Assembly: GCF_019084245.1 (NCBI RefSeq)
Contig: NZ_JAHRFE010000022.1
Source: Hoeflea sp.
GTDB taxonomy: Bacteria > Pseudomonadota > Alphaproteobacteria > Rhizobiales > Rhizobiaceae
Reading direction: 5' to 3' (one strand)
Length of the DNA: 64,000 bases
Position numbers and translations under genes: made by a program. Of the stretch, positions 58,673-64,000 are shown in pieces. The notes beneath the pieces are model-generated. The model saw only the letters and a list, made by a program, of their open reading frames with translations, searched no databases and had not been told where the DNA came from. Numbering within the stretch: position 1 is the first letter of the stretch; each line of letters opens with the position of its first letter.

Positions 58673-60685
58673 TCAGGCGAGCCCTGCCTTCTGGTTCTTG
58701 GCGAACTTCGCTTCGGACTTCTGGACAGCAACATTAATGATAGTACCTGATGCCGTTTTGATCTGCTGATCCGCAATTGAAGCCATGCGCCCGCTGTCGT
58801 CTTGCAGGAAGATGGTCACGACATCGGACGATCTGCCGCCATCTTTGGGCATGTTGGATTTCAGGGTGCCGATAATTCCATCGGTTTGGTTATCGGTGAA
58901 GATGTTTTCCTTCTTCTGCACCAGCGCCATGACCTCATCATGCTTTGCCCGCTGCCCGCCGAAGTTGCCTCCTTGGTGGAATACCCCGGCGAACGGCGCT
59001 CCAGTTGGGAACGGGACCACACTGCCGCCGGTGCCGACTGTACCGCCATCATGGAACAGGCCTACGCTACCGAGCGCCAAGCTCGTCTGGGAAACGCCAC
59101 CGAACAAGCTGCTGAGGATGCCGCCGCCGCCGCCAAAGAGCCCGGCAAGCGGTCCGTTACCGAGGAGCGCGGCTTGAGCAACCGCCTTGATCAGGGTGTT
59201 GACGAATTGGTCGAGCGCGTCGTTGCCGGTCTTGATCTTCGGAACGAGGCTGTCGAAGGCATCGGCAGTTATGTCCTTGAAGAACTCCGCTGCTTCACTG
59301 GCCTGGCGCTGCGCCTCGGTCTCGTCATGGATGGCCTGGATCAGATCGACAATCGCAAGTTTCTGATCCTCGGTTGCCGCCGCTCCGGCCTGTCGAAGAG
59401 CTCGCGATTTATCCCGCTCGATATCGGTCATGCCGATTTCAGCGCGTTCTGTCTGGAGATCGGCGATCAGATCCTTGACGGCCTGGGCTTCCCTCAGAGC
59501 GGCCTCGGCAGCCTTGTTGCGGCTCTTGCTCGCCGTGCCCCCGGTGCCCCCCGTTACGGGCGTCGTGGCCGGTGGCAGCGTCCCTGCCCCTGTATCGCGG
59601 GAACTGAGGATGGCAAGGATCTCGGCTTCCGTCTTGGCGATTTCCTCGGCACGGGCCTTGAGCGCCAGAACGCCGGTATCAAGCTTTGCCTCGGCACCGG
59701 CCAGAACGGACGTGTTCCCGCGCTGCGCATCCTGGGCTTCAAGGATCTTCCGTTCGATCTCGAGCCGTTCAAGGCCAAGCTCCGCAAGCTGATTGTTGAG
59801 CCCGCGCGTTGACTGGTTTTCGATATTGCGCATCGAATCCACGACTTTTGCGAATTCAGATGCAAGCCCCGCAGCAAGCCGCGCCGTGGAAACAAGAAAC
59901 GGCGCCAGATCGATCAGCGCCTTCTTCAGTTCCAAATCCATGACCCGGCTAGCTGTCGATAGCTGATCGTTCATCTCTTCCGCCCGCACCAGAAGCTCGC
60001 GATCGATGACAATGCCGAGCTTCTGCGCCGCCGCTGCTGTCCTGTCGAAACCCGCCGAGCCATCTTTCAAAAGCTCGACCATTCGCGCGCCGTTGCGACC
60101 GAATGCTGCCGATGCAATCGCGGCCTTTTCGGTTTCCGATGTTGCAGCCTTCACCGCGTCCGCGACGAGGCGGAAGCGCTCTTCCTGGGTTTTCGCGCTT
60201 TGCAGTTGCTTGAGCAGTTCGGGGTTTAGCTGTTTTAATTTTCCGGCAAGTTCGCCCTGGCCGACCGCTGCAAGGCCGGAATTGCGAATGAAGGCGATCA
60301 GGCTGGCGTTTAATTCGTCGACGCCGACGCCGGCCAGATCGGCCCCGTAGGCCATTTCCTGATAAAAATCGGAACCGAGGCCGGTGGCCTTCGCGCTCTT
60401 CGCGATCTTGTCAAAATCAGCGACAGCATCACGTGCCTTGTTCAGCGCCGCGTTCATCGAAAGAATAGACCCAACCGATGCCACAGCGCCCGCTGCAAGG
60501 CCAGCGAAGGCCGCCGCACCTATGCCAGTTCCCAGCCCCGCAAACCGCCGCTGAAGAGCAAGAACGCCCTTGCCCATGCGTCCGGTGGTCTCATTCGTGA
60601 CCTTTTCACCGCGCCTGAGGCTTGCCTCGTAAGCTCTCAGATCGGCGTCAAGCGCGACCCTAATCGATCCAACTGTAGCTACCAT
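58673..60685 (-). CDS. phage tail tape-measure-like protein
   Basis: VGSIRVALDAD N-terminus, long Ala-rich helical body, C-terminal FHDGGTVG...DEV.A.VQK.E. Confidence 0.8.
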   Translation of the reverse strand: MVATVGSIRVALDADLRAYEASLRRGEKVTNETTGRMGKGVLALQRRFAGLGTGIGAAAFAGLAAGAVASVGSILSMNAALNKARDAVADFDKIAKSAKATGLGSDFYQEMAYGADLAGVGVDELNASLIAFIRNSGLAAVGQGELAGKLKQLNPELLKQLQSAKTQEERFRLVADAVKAATSETEKAAIASAAFGRNGARMVELLKDGSAGFDRTAAAAQKLGIVIDRELLVRAEEMNDQLSTASRVMDLELKKALIDLAPFLVSTARLAAGLASEFAKVVDSMRNIENQSTRGLNNQLAELGLERLEIERKILEAQDAQRGNTSVLAGAEAKLDTGVLALKARAEEIAKTEAEILAILSSRDTGAGTLPPATTPVTGGTGGTASKSRNKAAEAALREAQAVKDLIADLQTERAEIGMTDIERDKSRALRQAGAAATEDQKLAIVDLIQAIHDETEAQRQASEAAEFFKDITADAFDSLVPKIKTGNDALDQFVNTLIKAVAQAALLGNGPLAGLFGGGGGILSSLFGGVSQTSLALGSVGLFHDGGTVGTGGSVVPFPTGAPFAGVFHQGGNFGGQRAKHDEVMALVQKKENIFTDNQTDGIIGTLKSNMPKDGGRSSDVVTIFLQDDSGRMASIADQQIKTASGTIINVAVQKSEAKFAKNQKAGLA

Positions 60686-60715
60686 GTTGAAATCCTTTCG
60701 CTTTTCGCCATACGT

Positions 60716-60760
60716 TCAACAATTGAGAACGATATTATCATGTTCGTTCACAATTGTTGA
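60716..60760. promoter_or_regulatory. inverted pair of 13-bp operator-like sites
   Basis: TCAACAATTGAGA (60716-28) and TCACAATTGTTGA (60748-60, reverse complement TCAACAATTGTGA). Confidence 0.5.
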
Positions 60761-60808
60761 TATGAGGATGAAATTCCTATAAGGATTATAGTCCTAAACA
60801 TCGGAGAA

Positions 60809-61999
60809 ATGCCATTGTTCGCCAGACTGCGACAGGTTTTCAGCGCACCGGATCGGAAGAGCCTGGCGAACCCGACCGAGGAGGAGCTGAGGCTGTTCAC
60901 CGGCGGCACCCTTGGCGGATCCTTCGCGGTCTCCGCGACCGAGGCGCTGCAGGTGCCATCCGTGCAGCTTGCAATCCGTCTGATCAGTGAAGGAGTCGCC
61001 GCTCTTGATCGCCGCGTGGTGCGGATCGATGGATTGCAACAGATCGACGCGCCCGACCATCCCGCAAGCCGCTTCCTGACCAGCCATTGGAACGACTGGA
61101 CCTCGCCTTTCGAAGGCGTCCGCGATCTGGTCTCTTCGGCGCTCACTCATGATTTCGGCGGCGTGCAGTGGCTCAACAAGCCCGACGGCGAGCTTCGGGA
61201 AATCGTCGCCTATCGGTCGCTCACGGTCCAATTCGATACCGACACCGGGGAACCGAGATATCAGCTTGGCACGCGCCCGCTGCCCGCCGATGAAATCGTT
61301 CATATCCGCGGCCCGTTCTCGCGAAGCCCGCTCAGCCTGGCACGCGAAAGCATCGGCGTTGCGCACCTCATGGCCGAACGCGCGGGCAAGCTGTTCAAGA
61401 ACGCGGCCCGGCCGGGCGGCTGGATTGAGTTCCCCGAATTTCTGGACGAAGACGCCTTCATCCGCATGAAAAAGAGTTGGGAAGAAGCGCACGGTTCATC
61501 CGAAAACAGCGGCAAGACCGCAATCCTCTACGCCGGCGGCAAGTTCCATGCTGCCGAGTTCAAGTCGACCGACGCTCAATTCCTCGAGCTGAAGAAAGAG
61601 CAGGTGGTCGAGATCGGCCGGGCCTTCGGCGTTCCGCCTTCGATGCTGTTCAATCACGACAGGGCGACCTGGTCGAACTATGAGACCGCCGCCCGGTCCT
61701 ACATGGTCGAGACGCTTGAAGCCTGGATTCGCGTCACTGAGGCAGCACTGACCCGCGCCTTGATCCCGGCTGGCGAGCGGAAGACGTACCGCGTTGTCAT
61801 CGATCGCGACGATCTCACCCGGGCCGACCTGGTGGCCCGCGCGACCGCGATCAACAGCCTTCGCGCTTCCGAGGTTCTTTCGGCAGATGAAGCCCGCGAT
61901 TGGTTGGGCATGGCCCCGCGGCCGGCTGATCGGCTCGACGATTACAAGAACCCAAACATCAACCCTGATCGCGCACCAGCGCCAGCGGAGGCCGCGTGA
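60809..61999 (+). CDS. HK97-family portal protein
   Basis: NAARPGG, EIGRAFGVPP, SADEARDWLGM. Confidence 0.95.
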   Translation: MPLFARLRQVFSAPDRKSLANPTEEELRLFTGGTLGGSFAVSATEALQVPSVQLAIRLISEGVAALDRRVVRIDGLQQIDAPDHPASRFLTSHWNDWTSPFEGVRDLVSSALTHDFGGVQWLNKPDGELREIVAYRSLTVQFDTDTGEPRYQLGTRPLPADEIVHIRGPFSRSPLSLARESIGVAHLMAERAGKLFKNAARPGGWIEFPEFLDEDAFIRMKKSWEEAHGSSENSGKTAILYAGGKFHAAEFKSTDAQFLELKKEQVVEIGRAFGVPPSMLFNHDRATWSNYETAARSYMVETLEAWIRVTEAALTRALIPAGERKTYRVVIDRDDLTRADLVARATAINSLRASEVLSADEARDWLGMAPRPADRLDDYKNPNINPDRAPAPAEAA

Positions 62000-62502
62000 T
62001 GGAACGCCTCTTCATCGAAACAAAGATTGTGGCGAGTGACGCCGGTTCCGTCTCAGGAATCGCCTGGAAATTTGGCGAGCCGGATCGCATCGGCGACTGG
62101 ATCGAACCGGGCGCATTCAAGGGCGCGAAGTTCCCGCTGCCGATGCTGTTCGGTCATGACATGAATGATCCGGTTGGAACCTGGGACACGGCCGAAGAGA
62201 AGGCAGACGGGTTTCACATCACCGGAAAGCTGTTGATCGAAGACGTTGCCCGCGCCCGCGAAGTCAATGCGCTGGTCAAATCCGGCGCGGTGCGCGGCCT
62301 GTCGATCGGCTTCATCACCAAAAAGGCCAGTGCCCGCTCAGGCGGTGGCCGCACCATCAAATCACTCGAATTGCTTGAGGCGTCCCTTGTGACGATCCCC
62401 ATGCATGCCGGCGCGAAGGTAACTTCCGCCAAGTCGGCAGTCCTGGCGCTCAACATCGCCGCTGCCATCAACCGCGCAACCGCGCATATCGAAAGGAATT
62501 GA
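61996..62502 (+). CDS. HK97-family prohead protease
   Basis: MLFGHD, GLSIGF, EASLVTIPMH. Confidence 0.93.
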   Translation: MMERLFIETKIVASDAGSVSGIAWKFGEPDRIGDWIEPGAFKGAKFPLPMLFGHDMNDPVGTWDTAEEKADGFHITGKLLIEDVARAREVNALVKSGAVRGLSIGFITKKASARSGGGRTIKSLELLEASLVTIPMHAGAKVTSAKSAVLALNIAAAINRATAHIERN

Positions 62503-62503
62503 G

Positions 62504-63682
62504 ATGAAACATCTCACCAAAGAAGCGCTGCGCGGAAGCGTGGCTATCGACCGAAAGGGCGATGACGAAGATCCGGTCAACCTCGTCACCAAGGCGCTGG
62601 ACGACCTGACCAAGTCGGTCGACGAGCGGCTGAAGAAGGTCGAGGAGAAGGCCGCCGCGCCGGACCTGACCAAGCTCGAGGACCGGCTGAAGGCAGTTGA
62701 GACGAAGGCCAACCGCCCGGCTGGTTCCGGCAATGCCGACGATCCGACCGAGGAGGCCAAGGCCGAGAAGAAGGCGTTTGGCACTTACCTTCGCCACGGC
62801 CAGCAGGCACCGACCGAGGAACTGAAGGCGCTCACCGTCTCGAATGACGAACAGGGCGGCTATCTTGCGCCGGCAGAAATGTCGACCGAGTTCATCCGCG
62901 ACCTGGTCGAGTATTCGCCCGTGCGTTCGGTGGCTTCGGTGCGCAACATCGCAGCACCTTCGGTGAAGTATCCGAAGCGCACCGCCGGCACGAACGCTCA
63001 ATGGGAAGGCGAAGCCGAGGACAGCGAAGAATCGACCGTCACTTTTGGTCAGGTGGAAGTTCCGGCCCGGAAGCTGATGACGTTCGTCGACATCTCGAAC
63101 GAGCTTCTGTCCGACAGCGGCGGCACCGCGGAGCAGGAAGTGCGCCTGGCGCTTGCCGAGGACTTCGGAAAGAAGGAATCGACGGCGTTCGTCAATGGCG
63201 ATGGCGTCAAGCAGCCGGAAGGTCTGATGACCAATGCGGACATCAGCAACACGATCAATGGTCATGCCACTGTCCTGGCGGCCGATCCGCTCATCACGCT
63301 GATGTATGCACAGCCGGCCATGTACCGGAATGCCGGCTCATGGATGATGAACGGCACCACGCTCGCCACCGTCCGGAAGCTGAAGGACGGCAATGGCAAC
63401 TATCTGTGGCAGCCGAGTTTCCAAGCTGGTCAGCCTGAGACCATCCTTGGCCGCCCGGTGATCGAAGCCGTCGACATGCCGGACATCGCGTCGGGCACGT
63501 TCCCGATCCTGTTCGGCGACTTCTCCGCCTATCGCATTGTCGATCGGCTGGCGATGTCGATCCTCGTCAACCCGTACTTGCTCGCAACCAAGGGCCTGAC
63601 CCGCATTCACGCAACCCGCCGTGTCGGTGGCCGCGTGCTTCAGGCTGCCCGGTTCCGCAAGCTCAAGATGGCCGCGTCGTAA
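62504..63682 (+). CDS. major capsid protein, HK97 fold
   Basis: GGYLAP, WEGE, YLWQP, LGRP, FGDF. Confidence 0.95.
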   Translation: MKHLTKEALRGSVAIDRKGDDEDPVNLVTKALDDLTKSVDERLKKVEEKAAAPDLTKLEDRLKAVETKANRPAGSGNADDPTEEAKAEKKAFGTYLRHGQQAPTEELKALTVSNDEQGGYLAPAEMSTEFIRDLVEYSPVRSVASVRNIAAPSVKYPKRTAGTNAQWEGEAEDSEESTVTFGQVEVPARKLMTFVDISNELLSDSGGTAEQEVRLALAEDFGKKESTAFVNGDGVKQPEGLMTNADISNTINGHATVLAADPLITLMYAQPAMYRNAGSWMMNGTTLATVRKLKDGNGNYLWQPSFQAGQPETILGRPVIEAVDMPDIASGTFPILFGDFSAYRIVDRLAMSILVNPYLLATKGLTRIHATRRVGGRVLQAARFRKLKMAAS

Positions 63683-63706
63683 GACAGGCCGGGAAAGGAA
63701 AAGCAC

Positions 63707-64000
63707 ATGCGCGATCTCGCAAACAACATCGGAGCTGTGCAGGCCGTCGCGCCTGCCGTGCTCTCGGCAACAGACACCAGCGCCGCGATCGACCTTCTCG
63801 GGTTCGAAAGCGCGGCCCTGATCCTCAACACCGGCGCCATCGTGTCGGCTGGTGACTTCACGGCCAAGCTTCAGGAAAGCGACACCACGACCGGCGGCGA
63901 CTTCGCCGATGTTGCGGCGGCTCACCTGGTCGGAACGCTGCCGGCCACGCTTGAGGCGGCAAGCGTCTACCGGCAGGGCTATATCGGCACGAAGCGGTAT
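63707..64000 (+). CDS. conserved head-associated protein, 3'-partial
   Basis: MRDLANNIG...IDLLGFESA...KLQESDTT, paralogue of 7877-8263. Confidence 0.8.
   Translation, partial: MRDLANNIGAVQAVAPAVLSATDTSAAIDLLGFESAALILNTGAIVSAGDFTAKLQESDTTTGGDFADVAAAHLVGTLPATLEAASVYRQGYIGTKRY

Larger units (their letters stand above)
53350..64000 (+). mobile_element. Element 2: integrated phage-like element with HK97-type head genes, right end outside window
   Basis: tRNA-Leu att, integrase, AlpA-like gene, initiator with iterons, portal-protease-capsid. Confidence 0.85.

Noticed and set aside
55254-61999. Many proteins ending in -AA as ClpX degrons (also phrB, ald, SRAP)
   Set aside because: Mostly explained by GGAGG...GCATGA translational coupling and Ala-rich composition; only counted as a signal where AANDN is also present.

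Overview
High-GC alphaproteobacterial chromosome segment, probably Rhizobiales (RIME-like repeat, GTTC-N7-GTTC LexA box, rhizobial gene order). A ~37-kb host core (16.3-53.1 kb) is flanked by two different, partly related head-only phage-like elements resembling capsid-forming phage satellites. The core holds an RpoE/ChrR-type photo-oxidative cluster (photolyase, ufa-like genes), cysK-alaX-sseA, an RTX remnant, ald/aldR, ilvA, trkH, a chemoreceptor and a complete form I CO dehydrogenase (cox) cluster. Element 1 (<1-16043, mostly minus strand) ends in a probable tRNA-Asn 3' duplication. It carries a P4-type integrase, AlpA, a RepA-type helicase with an origin palindrome and a predicted ~50-nt counter-transcript, HK97-type portal/protease/capsid/HNH/connector/TerS/TerL, and no visible tail genes or repressor. 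Element 2 (53350->64000) starts at a tRNA-Leu(TAA) 3'-half duplication. It has an HTH initiator with iterons, an inverted tape-measure-like gene and paralogous head genes. Top signal: the pentapeptide AANDN, which matches the start of the alphaproteobacterial tmRNA (SsrA) degradation tag, is encoded six times with different codons in five unrelated element-1 proteins. One copy forms a full tag mimic at the portal C-terminus. It was not seen in element 2 or the host genes. Second signal: both elements encode a homologous protein with a proteasome-beta/HslV-like Ser1-Asp17-Lys33/35 pattern. Family assignments are by motif recognition only; no searches were run.
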